This document shows, one piece after another, positions 1 through 15,729 of a DNA stretch of 64,000 nt. The notes beneath the pieces were generated by a model. It was not told the origin of the DNA, searched no databases, and was given only the letters and a program-made list of their open reading frames with translations. Made by a program: the position numbers and the translations under genes. The stretch's first letter is position 1; every line of letters begins with the position of its first letter. The stretch comes from Eledone cirrhosa (Eukaryota): assembly GCA_964016885.1 (NCBI GenBank), contig OZ024743.1, positions 301,878,001-301,942,000 of the forward strand. The letters are read 5' to 3'.

Positions 1-195
1 GCTTTTGTAACCTCAGTACCCCCACCCCAGTAAATTATATATAGCATAGGCCGAAAACGCAATACCTACTAATTATAGCAGCTGCTTTAGGCTCTAGAGA
101 TGTTGTTATTACATTTTACTATCCAATTTTATTATTTTACTATTGAGTACTCTGGTGCCTTATGGTACATCTGGTTCCTTACCTCACCTCCTTCG

Positions 196-307
<112 letters not shown>

Positions 308-315
308 TATATATA

Positions 316-519
316 TTAGAAAGTGAGGTTTTTTTTTACAAAATGAAAAATAACCGAGGTGTCCTACACGAGTGAAAGTATAAAGAAAAAAAGATGAAAT
401 CCAAAATGCAACTGGAGTCTTATTTAAAAAAATATATATATATTTATTTGTTCCCTTTACCGATTTCGCAGTTCTTCTGCTTTTCAAAAGTAGAGTTGAG
501 ATGGAGGGTCTGTGGTTTT

Positions 520-524
<5 letters not shown>
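316..524 (-). mobile_element. PLE-type 3'-end fragment (family A) inside (TA)n, carrying a variant hammerhead
   Basis: Near-identical copies at 33448-33657, 42990-43157 and as an inverted pair at 53433-53794; all flanked by (TA)n. Confidence 0.8.
455..490 (-). ncRNA. Minimal type I hammerhead ribozyme, C3U/G8A core variant (family A)
   Basis: Minus strand: ctt-TTGAAAA-gcag aagaa ctgc-GAAA-(t/c)cgg-TA-aag. Stems I and II pair; stem III is the palindrome ACCGGT in the 33590 and 43130 copies. Confidence 0.65.
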
Positions 525-582
<58 letters not shown>

Positions 583-786
583 CCTCCACAGAATGCTAGT
601 GCTAATCGTAAGAATGCAACGGTAGACAATTCTAATGAACAATTTAAGGAAAGCAAAATAAACATCCTCTTAGAAGCAAACGCCTTATATCTCAAATGTT
701 TCTATCGATAATATGATCTACGAATGATCAAAACGTAATCCAAAATGATCAAAACGAAATCTGGTTTGCTCTCATGCTCTTGGAAA

Positions 787-977
787 TAATTGTTTCTACT
801 TTTGGCACAAGGCCAGCGATCACCCAATGTATTACTGGTACTTTATTTTATCGACGCCATAAGGATAAAAGGCAAACTTAACCTCGGCGGGATTTGAACT
901 CAGAATGTCAAGGACCGTAACTCTATGCGTCAAAGCATGGCGTCCGACCCTCTCCCGATACTGCCAATCCACCGCCC
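787..977 (-). mobile_element. tRNA-derived SINE (octopod-type)
   Basis: Minus strand begins GGCGGTGGATTGGCAGTATCGG (A-box-like), then GAGTTCAAATCC (B box), body and a ...AGAAACAATTA tail; many copies in the window. Confidence 0.85.
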
Positions 978-1886
978 CCAGAGATAATGTTAGTATGATA
1001 GCAATAATCATTTGAAAGGCGTCTGCTTCAAAACTAGACAATCAGGTACAAGGAGAAAGCAGCGTTTTGCAACAATGACAAAAAATGGAAAAATGTGTAA
1101 ACTTATCAACTGCTTCTGTAATATAATGTTTGCCGTTTCAAATATGATTATACTATAATACACATGCACCACTTCCTCGGCACTAGAAACGGAAGAATAA
1201 CAGATTGGCGCCCATAAACTTGAGAACACTTTAAATATGATATGCCCATAGATTTACGATGCGACGAAGTAAGTAAAATATAGTGTGGACTGATATACAA
1301 GTAAAACAATACAGACGAAAAACATCGGACGCACACTGAAGCCATGTAAAATGAAGCTAGGGAAACTTAAACAGATGGAATTTATTAATGTCCGGTTGTC
1401 CGTAATCAAAATGATTAATTATCAATCTATTTAAAATGTTGATCGAATGTGGGATGTGGAAACATTAACATTCTCAACTAAAGAAAAGACTCTCAATAAA
1501 CACCAGGGTGGGGATTTATAAACGTTTAATGGAATACATCGCAGGCAAGGTAAGGCATTTCTCGGATTTCCTGTAACACAAAATACGCGCAGAAATTTGG
1601 ACATAGTAAATTGTTGCTCGTTGAGTAGAAGGCTGTCATTATTTTATTTATTTACTCTCATTAGTAATCATGTATTTATATTTATATATGTATTCATTTA
1701 TTCATATAATAATTTGTGTAATTTATGTTCTTGTTCCGCCTCCCTGTTTTTATAAAGCTCAATTGTACATTCCCGCGAACATATTACAGCATTTTGTGAC
1801 ACCAATTTAAATGACTGCGCACATGTAAAACAAAAAATGAAGTATTATTATTCTTATTATTTTATTAAACGATTATATTTGCTTAC

Positions 1887-1933
1887 CAATGCCGGAAATA
1901 TTTTCTACTGCATTGTAAAAAATCATGTCTTAC
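1887..1933 (-). other. Candidate 47-nt exon / recursive splice site of a host gene
   Basis: Minus strand: tttacttattatgttctttcttttcAG|GTAAGACATG...GGCATTG|gtaagc; strong acceptor and donor, and the exon itself starts with GTAAGA. Confidence 0.4.
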
Positions 1934-2689
1934 CTGAAAAGAAAGAACATAATAAGTAAATTGTGAGCAAATATAGTAAATCGATAATTTTAGAAACACG
2001 AATATATAATATACCGATCATAAAAAAAAAAAACATGTTTGTTTTAAATATTAAACAAATAAATAGAAAATAATTCGTGGAAATTGCTCAAAACGCAAAT
2101 AATTGAACACTTTTAAATAGAATTCAACTTCTATGACTGTGGAATAGATTTATTCTATTCATGTGTGGAATAGGTTATTCACATGAACTACTCATATGTT
2201 TTTACGTGAAATTAGGTCACCAACATATCAGAAATAAGAATTTTTCTCATTCCAGTTTAGAACTATTAACTTTAATTTACCTCCGCTTACATAATTCATA
2301 ATACATCCTAAGTATACAACCCGGAAACATACAACTAATTACGGTTCCACTCCATAGGCTTTTGGAATGTTTTATGTAAGAAATCAACCGCACTTTATTG
2401 CTAATATTCAAACTAAGAATAAAAGAAATAATATCTTTCGCCTCAGATTAAACTTTAGAATTAGTAATACTATATATAAGAGATTTGAAATTGGTTTTAC
2501 CATATTCGTCCATACAATTATTATACAATATTAATGACAAACAACTATGCTTTACCTATCAGTGTGATAAAAAAAATATCGGAGGAGCTGTTTGATTATT
2601 GCAATTCGCCCATTCTAGACAACCAATACATGAATACATTTGTATCACAATTACATTCTTTATGATGTTAATTATGAGAAATGTAAGCA

Positions 2690-5400
2690 TAATTCAACGG
2701 GTCATTTTTTTAAATGTCTTTTGGTATAATGTTAAAAGGAGCGGGCCAATTGGGGTGAAATAATCGTGCCGTATTGTTATTATGAGATGCAGGATTGATT
2801 TTCGTTGTGGGCAGATAGCACTGGGCCCCATCCTTGTATGTAGTTTAAAGGTGATGCCAACATCATTTAAGCAATGCTGATGGAATATTTTCTACAGAAC
2901 AATGTAGCTCTCACGGCGGCGTTGGAGACAGGCCATATATCCTTTTCGTGATTGACCTTTAAGCAGCTTCAATTTGCATGATACGTTGTATTGCGTTGGG
3001 TAGCGAGACCACAGTAGACAACGATAGTCAAACGTGGGCTCGGGCAAAAGTGGAGAAGAGAAGGATAATAGTGTGGATATCTCTTGACTGGAAGGTTCTG
3101 AGAATAGAGCAACATATTCTCCGGGCCATGTTAACTTTGTTGTTTATATGAGTGGCCCAGCTGATGTTGCTGTCCACGAATACTCCCAAGTCTCTGATGT
3201 TGTTGGATGCCACTAAAGTGTCACCTGACGAAAGGGAGTATCGGAGTTTCAGGGTATCCATTTTTCCAAAGCGGATTAACTCAGATGTATCCTCCTTCAC
3301 CAGCATATTGTTATTTTGCACCCATTAGATTTCAGCCAGTAGATCTGATTGGAGTCATATCTGGTTACCCACGTCATCGATAGCTTTCTGAAGTTTGGAA
3401 TCATCTGAGAAGATTATTGTGATGCTGTGCTTGTTATCAGTTATGTCATTAACATAGATACTGAAAAAAGGTGGCCTAACACAGTGCCTTGTGGGACACC
3501 ACTACTGTCTTTGGCTCGGCTGGATTGTACTACTTCGACTACAACATGTGGGCTGTCAGACAGGAAATACTTGATCCACTGCAGCAACTTCCCAGCGACA
3601 CCAATTTTGGACAGCCTTCTCAGTATAATGTTGTCATCAACCCTGTCAAAGGCCTTGCAGAAATCAAGTTAGATGACATCAGTGCCCTCTCCCAAAGCTC
3701 TCAAAATATCATGAAAGTGATCCAGTAGCTGCGTTAAGCAAACTTTTCCATTACAGAACCCATGTCGGTTTATTGTTACTTTCAAGAAAGTGAGTTAATT
3801 GCGATTTCGCCAAACTCTCAAATACATTAAGGGAGGGGAGTGAGATCGGACCGTAATTCACGGCAAGGGATTTATTTCTCTTTTTGAAAACTGAGATAAC
3901 ATACTGGGATAGTCAGTTTTCTGTGATATATCCAGCATCCAATGAGTCCTTCCATAAATTAGCAAGAAGAGATGCAAGTTTGTGTCGTCACACCTTCAGG
4001 ACAAAAACAGGGAAACCTATCGGGGCCTACTGCTGGATGGTGTTTAGTTTCGTTTATTGCCGCTAAAAAATCAGAGGCGACAAACGTTATGTACGATATT
4101 GTGTGTTGGGTATTAACATTACTGATACGGCCCAGATCAGGCATATCTGGTTTGCTGCAAACAGAGCATTATTATTTTTGCAGTATCTCAATCAGGGTTT
4201 TAGCATTATCTTGGAGAGTTCTATTTTCATCAATTAGAGGCCCCACATTCGAACTCGTCACTGTCATTTTTGGCAAACGAAAAGAACACGTGGGGATTGA
4301 GTTTTATTTTCAAAATGGAGCAGGCTTCTTCAGCTGTTCTTTGATTGTTGATGATGGACATCATTCTGTTTTAGAGGTTGTATTTCATCGATTCTAGTGA
4401 TGTAATGGCAGTAATATGGGTGTGTTGCTGCTGGCAGTATTTACGTTTATTGATTTTTTTGTTTATTCTTTTACTTTTCCAGATAAGTGTTCTTTTATTT
4501 GTAGGGATCCTGCACTAAGATTTGTTCAGCGATCTTAATTGGGTATGTTTTTTATATATTTGCTGCATGTCTATAAATGTCGGCCAGCATGTTCTTGTTA
4601 CTGAGTGTGTGAGTGTGCGTGAAAGACCAATCGACATGTTGATTGATCACTATGCAGTTTGAATTCTGAATATCCATGGGGTCAAATGGATGAACTGGAG
4701 AGATGTCATTGGGATTGCTTTTTGGACGGGGGATTCTCAGATCACAGAGAAACATGGTCTGAGAGTAGAGTTTTGTCCACAGCAATATTGAGGATAGTGT
4801 CAGAGTGGGTACTGAACATTAGGTCCAATACACTTTTGTGTCACCTTGTTGGGTCGAATATCCGTTGGGACAGGAAAACCTAATCCATGAAGTCAAGAAG
4901 TGATTTTGTTGCCTCCTTGTCGTAGTTTAAGGTGGAAAATCCTAGTAATAAGCTGTTTGTGGACCAGTCAACACCGGAGGGGTTGAAAACCCTCTTCATT
5001 AAGATATTGCTATGGTGACACTGTTGAATGAAACACTGTATGATGTTGAGCAATCCTTTGAAGTATGGTAGAAGTGTTTCGGCTGGCCTATAGAATCCAA
5101 CTACTATTAAGTTGTTGGTTTTACTGTACACTGTGACTGCATCACAGTATCCATGGGAAAATATGTTCTTAGCCTCTGTCGAAAAAGAATCATGTACACA
5201 AATGGCCGTCCCATACTTTCTTCTGCCAGCAGGTTCTGCACGGATAGCTTTGACATTCTTCACTTTCACCTCGGGGTCAAAGCGCAGGGGGTTGAGATGG
5301 GGTTCAGTGAGGACGTAGTAATGGATGTGGTTAGGTTGGTTGTCAACCCAATCCTCATTAATTTGATCTTCCATTTTTGAGGATTGGTTGAATGACTGAT
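2690..5400 (-). mobile_element. Decayed CR1/Jockey-group LINE ORF2 (APE endonuclease + RT)
   Basis: Minus-strand peptides: LTEPHL...VVGFYRP...(APE, 4880-5374); LDFCKAFDRVD, SGVPQGTVLG, FSDDSKL, IRDLGVFVDSNISW (RT and C-terminus); multiple stops and frameshifts. Confidence 0.9.
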
Positions 5401-5496
5401 GCTTTGAGTATTAAGCAAAAGTGTTGATGCTAAAATGGTGGCTGATCTTAATTGTTTTGGGGGTTTCTGCTTTAATGGTAGCAATGGGAGTTTGTG

Positions 5497-5610
5497 CAGT
5501 GAAAACAAAACGTGCGTGTGTTTTATTGGCAACAAAATCCTCCCAAAGTATGACACTGTATGTCTCAACAAACGATTTCAGATGAGAAATCTTGCAAAGC
5601 AAATTAATAT
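5497..5610 (+). repeat. Diverged family B 3'-end fragment
   Basis: Matches 34020-34130 (gtgcgtgtgttt..attggcaaca..cctcccaaagtatgaca..cgatttcagat..aatcttgc). Confidence 0.7.
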
Positions 5611-7376
5611 AAACACTTTCCTAGTGAGTCTGTATATGTGTGATTTTGTTATGAGGTTGGTTTTCCATTTTAATTTATCCTTTTAATTATAATGTATTTA
5701 CTATACCTTTCACACCTCATATTTCCCTCACGCTGGTGGTTTTCAATCCTGTAAATGAAAACACACTCTCCTGTGTTTCTCATTTCTATATTATATATAT
5801 ATATGTGCGTGTGCGTGTGTGTGTGTGTGTGTGTACACTGTGATGTGTTTAGAAGACGGCGATTTAAATTTGATATTGTAATTGAATTAGTAGCATTCAC
5901 CGTATTTTTGCCTACATCCTAGACTCACCCTCGACTTGTTGTAGACTGCATAGAAACATGAGACATTCTTCTCCACACATTTCGATCAAGAAAAGCAGAG
6001 TTTAAAATGCTAATATAAAGTCTTGTCCATAAGTTGCCATTATCAAGAAACTGTTTTGGCTGCCGATCTTTACTTCTCTTACCGGCTCCTTTTTCTTCTA
6101 GGCTTGACCTACTCACACCACAAGTTTAAATTTTGATACGACCATATAGTTTAAATTCCCTAGATTAGATATGTCATGTGATTGGTTGAAGCATTGATAG
6201 ATATATGATCCATGAGTTGTTTGTTAGTGATATGTATAATGACGTGGTTCTAGAAGGTAGAGAGCATCTGAAGTGACTTTTTCTTCCAGTTAAAACATTC
6301 AATACCATATAAAACTACTGTTAGGGTGTCAGTATCAAACATCTTAGACTGCGAATGATAAAAAACACGTTTTGTTTTTAACACTCTGTTTGGCAGCTTT
6401 CAACTAGTTCCCGGGGAAAGCTGCCCAACAGAGGGCGTTGCGGTACTGCTCAGTGACCATTCCATTGTTGGTTGTAGATTGTAGATAGTAAGTTGGGTTT
6501 TGGTAATGGTTTTATCAGTTATCATGCACATTGTTTTAGAGATGTTGATATGTAAGAGAACTCTTGTGTAAGATTATTGAGGACATTCTGAAGATTTTGT
6601 GGATCAGTCCTTCAGTAAGTGGTGATGGCCTCATCGTCAGCACATCTAAAATTTGATAGGATTTATCCTCCTGTTCGATAGCTGGTGGAGTATGCTTCTC
6701 CAGTTTTGCATATAAATACAGATGCTATGATACAGAAAGGAAGTGCTGATAGGAAATTTCTCTGCTTAACTCTCTACAAGATATCTATAGACCGTGCAGT
6801 TCCCATGACTACATACAATAGTCTAATACAACGACGTAGAAGCACCCATAACGGAAATAATATACATATGAAACTTTCATAGTTTTTCATACCAAATGTT
6901 CTCAACATAATTTCCCTATGTAGGAACGCATATGGGTAATCCTTTTCCATTTTCGCTGCTGTCGCATTGATTTCCTAACGATCGGTGATATGTGTGGTTC
7001 ACTGTAAACACATGGACATGAATAACCGGTATAGAATATGTATCACATAAGTTACGTCAGATTTACGACAAAGGTTGACTCGAAAATTTGAGCAAGATAT
7101 TACAGATATTCACATATAGAGAGTATTGAGATTACAAGGGATTGGCTTGGTTATGAAACAGTTTAGATGCCACTAACGAAATTAATGGCGAAATCAAGAT
7201 GTACGATGTGATTCATTGATTGAATGCGCATGCTGCAGTAGATGTTGTGTCAGACAGTTTCTTCCGGAGTGTGTATAGAGAAAGAGGGGATATACTGAAA
7301 ATATTCTGCAAACATTTCATTCTAACTCTTTCGCTCCCACTCTTTTTATGCATGTATGGAACTCTCCAACTATGAC

Positions 7377-7428
<52 letters not shown>

Positions 7429-7670
7429 ATATACACATGTATATGTGTATATATATCTATTAGTGCGTGTGTTTGTATAAATAACATATATAAACAAAAT
7501 GATTTCAGTACGAACAACTCTTATATAAACACACATTTCACTGTTGGATGGGTAACAGCCACTAGCTTGTGTGTGTATATATATAGAGAGAAAGATACGG
7601 ATATACATAAAGTGTGAACCTAATAAACCTTTATTTGCCTGCCTCTCTGTTTTGTTCCCGTATAAATTTG

Positions 7671-7701
<31 letters not shown>

Positions 7702-7734
7702 ACGTATATTTCTCTATATTTGTCTCTTTCTCTC

Positions 7735-7912
<178 letters not shown>

Positions 7913-7913
7913 T

Positions 7914-7952
<39 letters not shown>

Positions 7953-8344
7953 ATGCATAGTGCACAAAAAAACGCAAAAGATGTTAATGTAACAAATAAA
8001 TAGTACAATTCTTCAATACCATAAAACGAATGAATATCGTAAATTAAGTTAACTCAGATGAATTATACGAGAAGCAGTTTGAATTGGTAAAACAGACATT
8101 TTCTCTATTTATTGAAATAGACTTTGAATGCCAGGGTTTTGTCCAGGACAGTAAATCGATTCTGATATCTATGTTTGAATGTACTTGGCTTCAATCATCA
8201 ATGCCTATTTTATACACATATACGTATTCCTAATATAGTATAGTAGGTAAATAGATATAGTATCTCTCTCTCTCACCCTCTATCTCTCGGTCTCTCCTCC
8301 GTCTCATTGTCTGTCTTTATATATTTTAATCTATCTGCCTCTCT

Positions 8345-8405
<61 letters not shown>

Positions 8406-8616
8406 TATATGTTGTAAATATATCGAAACAGATATAGTTAAATATAAAAATAAGCAGTTACATACATAGATTAACAGGTATCGATCAGTCCCTCTAACCC
8501 TATTCTGCATTAACCCGCTAATCATTATTTCCCACGTTGTACAACACTTACAATGAGCCTGAATACACATACACACCTCAGTGCCTCCTCTCTCTCTCTC
8601 TCTATCTATCTATATG

Positions 8617-8686
<70 letters not shown>

Positions 8687-8770
8687 GCGTGTGTGTGTGT
8701 GTGGTGTTAAAGTTATGTGTGTATATATAATAAAATATATTGATATGTAAAAAGGTAGATAGATGGAGAG

Positions 8771-8933
<163 letters not shown>

Positions 8934-9169
8934 TGAGAGGAAGATAGGGAAAGAAAGAGACAGAATGATAGCAAGAGAAATAGTTATAAGTATTCAGAAT
9001 TATAGATATCGATCAGACCCTCTGACATAGTGTTGATTTATTTTTTCATAGGGTGCGCAAAGGTAATAAATATACACGTATACGTAGACACCAGTCTATA
9101 TATTTATAGACACATACATCGCCTATACACACACATATATATACACCAACACAAACATACACATGCACG

Positions 9170-9249
<80 letters not shown>

Positions 9250-9318
9250 AAGATTATAACACCTACACTGGTATATACTGGGTTGAAAGAATATCTGTCC
9301 GTGTCTGTCAGTGTATCA

Positions 9319-9400
<82 letters not shown>

Positions 9401-11499
9401 TCTTTCAACGCAGTATATATTGTTAATAATCTTCCTTTTCCCATAACGACTATGACATCCCGAAAAAAATGTTATGAAATTGAATTTTGTTAATATATTT
9501 TAATGCTGCAATGCAAAGCTAAATATTTTAATAGTAGTAAATTACAATTACCACAGTCAAAATATCCTCATTCCTAATACCGCAATCGTTTTATTCATAC
9601 ATTAAATATATGCACAAAACCACATACTCAATGACCAATTTGCTCGAATAATGATCCTTTATAATAAGACATTTAATCACATCTTATTAATTTTCTAGAC
9701 ACAAACATACTGTAATTTTCAAAGTTGACATTCGATACTTTTATGGTGGTTAACGCACATGTATACACTCTTAAATGACCTAAACTACATTACGTTATTG
9801 CTATAGGATTGGTATAGAAAAGGACCCCGGCTTACTTGATAATGCTTATCAATTCGCATTCTATTATCTTCATCATTCGACTAGGCAATGCATGTTATAA
9901 TTTCTTCATACACAATCTCTGCACTGATTTTAATAAAAATAAAATTTCACCCTACGCCTAACTGAGTACTACAACGAGAGTCACCCTATTACAAGTAACT
10001 GAAGGCAAACCACATTCACATTAAACATCATGAAATATAAAAATAGCTTAACCGTTGTAGGTGTTGATCACAGGTTTCTTTTATCGGAGTTTACTTGGAG
10101 TAAAAACCGACAAATATCACTCCTCTTAAAATCCATTAATAAGATATATTCATCATTATTCTGTCTGTCAGGGGCAATTTTTGCAACTTTTAGGTCAAGA
10201 CTACCTACAATCTAATTGTGTATGTTGTGAAAGAAAATATATTTTTCTAACTGGAATTGCATCTCTTGCGAAGACATCCTCATCATGACATTTCTAACCC
10301 TGTGGCATTTAACTGTAATATAAAATTGAAGTCAGCTGAATGACTTAAGTGAATTCTGTAAGAATGTAATAGAAAATGCAAGGATATAGTCTGTATAATT
10401 AAGTTTTCTGTAATTATATTTATATAATAAAATTGGAATGCAAGCCATACAAGATAATTCACTCTTCAGTTTGAAAGTAGTTATATATTTTGTCACACTT
10501 TCCGGTCAATATATAATTATCACGGAATTAAATGAATTCAAAGTTCTGTTTCAAGCCATATTTTATAGGGAAATACCGACTATAATATTACTTTCAAAGA
10601 TTGAAATTTATCAGATTCTATCGCCTGTCTACGCTAAGTTAACTTTTCGTTGAATTTAGATAGTTGTTTTACTAGAAAGCGTTTGTTTTCAGAGAAATAT
10701 GATATCGCCAATTGAGAGATTGCGATATAAATTGTATCGATTATGGAGAGAAAATAGTAAAGCCCAGGATTTAAAACAAGAATACAACCCTATATGCCTA
10801 TAAATTTTCTCTCAGCTAATATATATCAGAATTGATAAAATATAGGTAAAAAGAGAACGTCAATCGCAATAATGCATAGACAAAGGTTACGGATGTATTG
10901 GGGGAAGTATATAAAAGAGAAAAATATCAAGGAATTTTTAATAGTTTCGTAGTATAATATACTCACAGCTAACGCCTAGCCATTCGAAGAAAAAGATGTG
11001 CAAATGGTTTTAACTTCAGTTTTAGTGTACGTTAGACCCTAATTTATTTTAAAAACCGGATGGTGATTTAATTGTCACCTTTAATTGTCACCACCCTTTC
11101 TTTATATATAGTGCATTTACTGGTATATGTGTGTCTGAACATTTAAGTTGGTTTCGTATTTTGGTTCTTGTCTAATCTTATGCAGGTGTTGTTTGTATGT
11201 ACATTTTGTTTCTTGTTTATTTTTTTCCCTCCACATTGTGTAACTGTTTTTCTATTACTCTATTTTACCGATGATGGGTTTATATCTATCTGAGCATATC
11301 TTTCATATGTATAATTATATTGGCCTCAGTTAAAAAATTGTAGCATTTTTCCATCTCATTTATGATTTTTATTGTGAGACGTTTCATTTTCTACTAAAAG
11401 CATTGATTCCTCAATCAGTCCGAAACGTTGATATGTTGCATGTGTTGATATCATGTTAATTCAATGAATTCTAGTAAGCCATCATATTCTAATATTGCC

Positions 11500-12420
11500 T
11501 GTCAGGAGGGCAATAGCATCTTCTTCTTGTTTTTGAGTTCTCACAAGTGTTCCTATATCATTTCCACTATAATACGATTTTTTTTCTATCTATACTGTGG
11601 TCATGTTTGTACATTGTCCTACTGTGCACATTATTCGTAATACTACACATTTAGTTCAATGGTTATCTATGATTCTATTTTACAACATATCGAATATTTG
11701 TGGTGAGAGGTTGGGTCTTAAATGTTCCAGTTCTGGTGACCTGGAATTTCATGTGAAGTTGGGTTTTTCGGCAGTATTATTATTTAGTCAGTTTTATGGG
11801 AGCATGGGCAAATATCACTCTCATATTTCTCTTATTACTCGAGTTGCTCTTATCTATATTCATCCTTATCATGTCTATTCTGTTCAACATGACAGGACAT
11901 CGTTATTGCAACTGTCAAGTTATCTCGCTTCTTGAGATTTATAGTTGTTCAAACTGATGTTATTTGTCACAGGTCAAGTTAGAGACATAATATTTTTTTC
12001 CCAAGACCTTAGTGATTCTGCATTTATCGTTCTGAAACCGAAGACACAGTGGGCGTCTTGGAAGACGTCATAGTGCTGCGACAGGTGACCATTAAAGTTG
12101 TCATCATTGTTTCTGAGTTCACCGTCACCATCAATCCTTAGTAAGGGAGATTTTGGTAGTTTCTTTGGTCTTCCCTTTAATGTACCAGTCACAAATGAGG
12201 TGCATATACAGAGGTAATTATCATAAATGTTTTCACTACGTCTAAACTAAGTATGATATGTCTAACTCTAACTCTCACCATTACATTGTGTACACATCTT
12301 TCTGAAAAATCAATATCTACTCGGCGCAACGCATGATTGTTAAATATCGAACAAAACTTTACCACTATGTTATACATATGCTTTCTGATACGGAGGTCCA
12401 TATCTGCCCATCTCGTCTAT
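11500..12420 (-). pseudogene. Possible very old LINE (L1/Tx1-like) endonuclease remnant
   Basis: Peptide fragments IITSVYAPH and DDNFNGHL resemble APE motifs; heavily disrupted. Confidence 0.3.
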
Positions 12421-12994
12421 GCAACACAAATGTAATTGTGTCCGTTGTAACATGTCTACAATTACACCAAACTGACCTACCAAATTACCTATACTGAGTG
12501 AGATTATGTTACTATTTGAGGAATACCTGGGATTGGAAACATTTTCAGGGTGGACGATTTTGTATTGTGTCTGTGTAGATGAAATGAGAATAATGGACAG
12601 AAGGACTACATAGCATTATTTTCAAATGTGGCCCGAAATATATACCCCTTATCCTCAACGAATCTTCAAGGAATCTACTATTATTTACGCCTTGGCCCTC
12701 AACGTTTGATGCTAAAGCGGTTTGATTTGACTAGCGGAGAGTGTGTGGGAAATTACGAAAGCAACAATGGGCAGTATATTTATATCAGCTAAGTAGACAG
12801 TCACGCCTAAATATCTAGAAAAGAAATAAAGAGGAAACAATATCTAATACTGACAGAAAGAAAAACGATATATATATATATACATAAATATATGTACATA
12901 TATGTATATATATGATGAATTCTCCCGAATGAAACAGTTCTAGTCCTGTAGAAGCATTTTCTATATTATATATATATATATAAATATATATATG

Positions 12995-13113
<119 letters not shown>

Positions 13114-15729
13114 ACACGGGTGTGTATGATTGTGTATAGAAGATTATATTAATAAAAGGAATTCCAACTTTGTCTGATATACTCGTTTTATTTACAATCC
13201 TTTAAAATTTATAATGGTATTACAATGAAATAGTATCGTAGAATATTAAATGTTAATTGTTAATTGAACAAGTACTTTCATGCTTTCGCAATCTTCAGGT
13301 TCACAATGTGTGGTGACAGTCAAGTTTGCAATTTTCACTTGTAATGAGATAGGTAAATTGTGTGCCTTATATAAAGTGAAAAGGGGCTCCAGAATGCTAA
13401 ATATTGCAAACTGTATTTCGACCAATCGGTATGTAGTTTCACTGGATTACTAAAGCTGATTGGTTTAGGCGTCACGGTTGGTTGAGCATGTCTAACGACT
13501 ACTATTTGACCCTATCCAAAGCATCAATTGTTTTGCTATTTTTAGAAATGATAAAAATAGTATTTTCTAGTAATCATCACCATCAACATCACTGTTGTTA
13601 TTATTCTTGTTGTTGTTGTTGTTGTTAGTGGTCGTAGTCGACATGGTCGTAGTCATAGTCATAGTCAGAGTAAAACTCCATTATTATTGTTCATTTAGCT
13701 TGGGTTTGGATTTATCAATAACATTTTTTTCTTTGATTTTTCTTTTGATTTCAATTGGGCTGTGTAATTTGTAGAATACGAATATTATAAATATTCCCTG
13801 ACCACATGGTGCTAGATGGTTACTTAGGGGTATCTAACGGACATTTGGGTCTCTGATTTGCTGTCGGTGTACCCGTGCACGTTCCGATAGTGCATTTCCA
13901 GTTTGACCGACATATAGTTCTTCACAATTCGGGCATTTAATGCAGTGAATTAGATTTCTGCTTTGGCAGATCATATTTGCATTTGGGAATATCTTTCCAG
14001 TTTTTGTTTTCATATATTGACCGGTGTGTATGGATTGACATGTACCACATCGACTATCATTGCATTTAGATACAGTGAAGATTGGTCTTTGTTGTTAAGG
14101 TCAAACTTTGCTTTTGTTAGTAATTGCTTCACATTTTTGGGCTGTCTTTTACTAAGAGTCAAAGATCGATCTGTTATTAAGCCTTTTAATTCATTACTTT
14201 GAACAATGATCGGTAGGTTTGCATTGGCAGTGTTATACATATTCTGGTGACATGGGTTGTGTGTCATTATAAATGGTATGACCAGTTCTTGTTTTCTTCT
14301 TCCTTGGGTTGTCCTAACATGTTGTATAGGTATTTTTATAGCCCGATGTATGCCATTTTCTATAAGTAGAGATGGGTATTTTGGTTTTAGCAAACATTCT
14401 CTTAGTTCTTTTAGGCGTTTGTACCTGGTATTCGTATCTTCTACAATGGTACAAATTCTTCTGGCTAGGCAGTATGGGATGTTGCGTTTTGTATGAGGTG
14501 GATGGCACGACTTAAAATTCAGATATTGATGGGTGTCTGTGTGTTTATTATATATATCCGTGGTAATGGTGGTGTCGTTTTTGATATTCATTATATCTAG
14601 GAATGGTAATTTGGTACTACTCATCTCTTTTGTGAATTGGAGAGACGGGTGTAGGTTATTCAGGAGATATTATTTAAGTGCAGATATTTCTGATTTGTTA
14701 ATGTTTGGCCTGACATTTGCATTACGTCTAAGAGGACATTTTGATAGGATGTCAATGTATTGGTCCAGATAGATATGTCTTCCTTTTGGCGGAGTGAAAT
14801 TTTATTTATTATTTACTAGTGATTCATCACTACTAAAGAATAGATCCATACACGCCGGTCAATATATGAAAACAAAGACTGGAAAAATATTCCCACATCC
14901 AAATATGAACTGCAAAAGCAGAAATCCAATTTACTGCATTAAATGCCCGAATTGTGAAGAACTATATGTCCGTCAAACTGGAAATGCACTATCGGAACGT
15001 GCACGGGTACACCGACAGCAAATCAGAGACCCAAATATCCGTCAGATACCCTTAAGTAACCATCTAGCAACCTATGGTCAGGGAATATTTATAATATTCC
15101 CATTTTACAAATTACACAGCCCAAGTGAAATCAAGAGGAAAATCAAAGAAAAAAATGTTATTGATACATTCAAACCCAAGCTATATGAACAATAATAATG
15201 GCGTTATACTCCTACTATGACTATGACTACGACCATGTCGACTACGAACACTAACAACAACAACAACAAGAATAATAATAATAAAAGTGATGTTGATGGT
15301 GATGATTACCAGAAAATGGTATTTTCATCATTTCTAAAAATAGCAAAACAATTGATGCTTTGGATAGGGTCAAATAGTAGTCGTTAGACATGCTCAACCA
15401 ACCGTGACGCCTAAACCAATCAGCTTTAGTAATCCAGTGAAACTACATACCGATTGGTCGAAATACAGTTTGCAATATTTAGCATTCTGGAGCCCCTTTT
15501 CACTTTATATAAGGCACACAATTTACCTATATCATTACAGGCGAAAATTGCAAACTTGACTGTCACCACACATTATGAACCTGAAAATTGCGAAATCATG
15601 AAAGTATTCGTTCAATTAACGCTTAACATTTAATATTCTACTATAATATTTCATTCTAATACCATTATAAATTTTAAAGGATTGTAAATAAAACGAGTAA
15701 ATCAGACAAAGTTGAAATTCCTTTTATTA

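Noticed and set aside
5880-6800. Possible ORF1 of the CR1-like LINE
   Set aside because: Position fits but no identifiable motif remains.
11268-11435. CCGATGA ... CGAAACGTTG possible long-loop hammerhead
   Set aside because: Stems I and III could not be paired convincingly; single degenerate copy.
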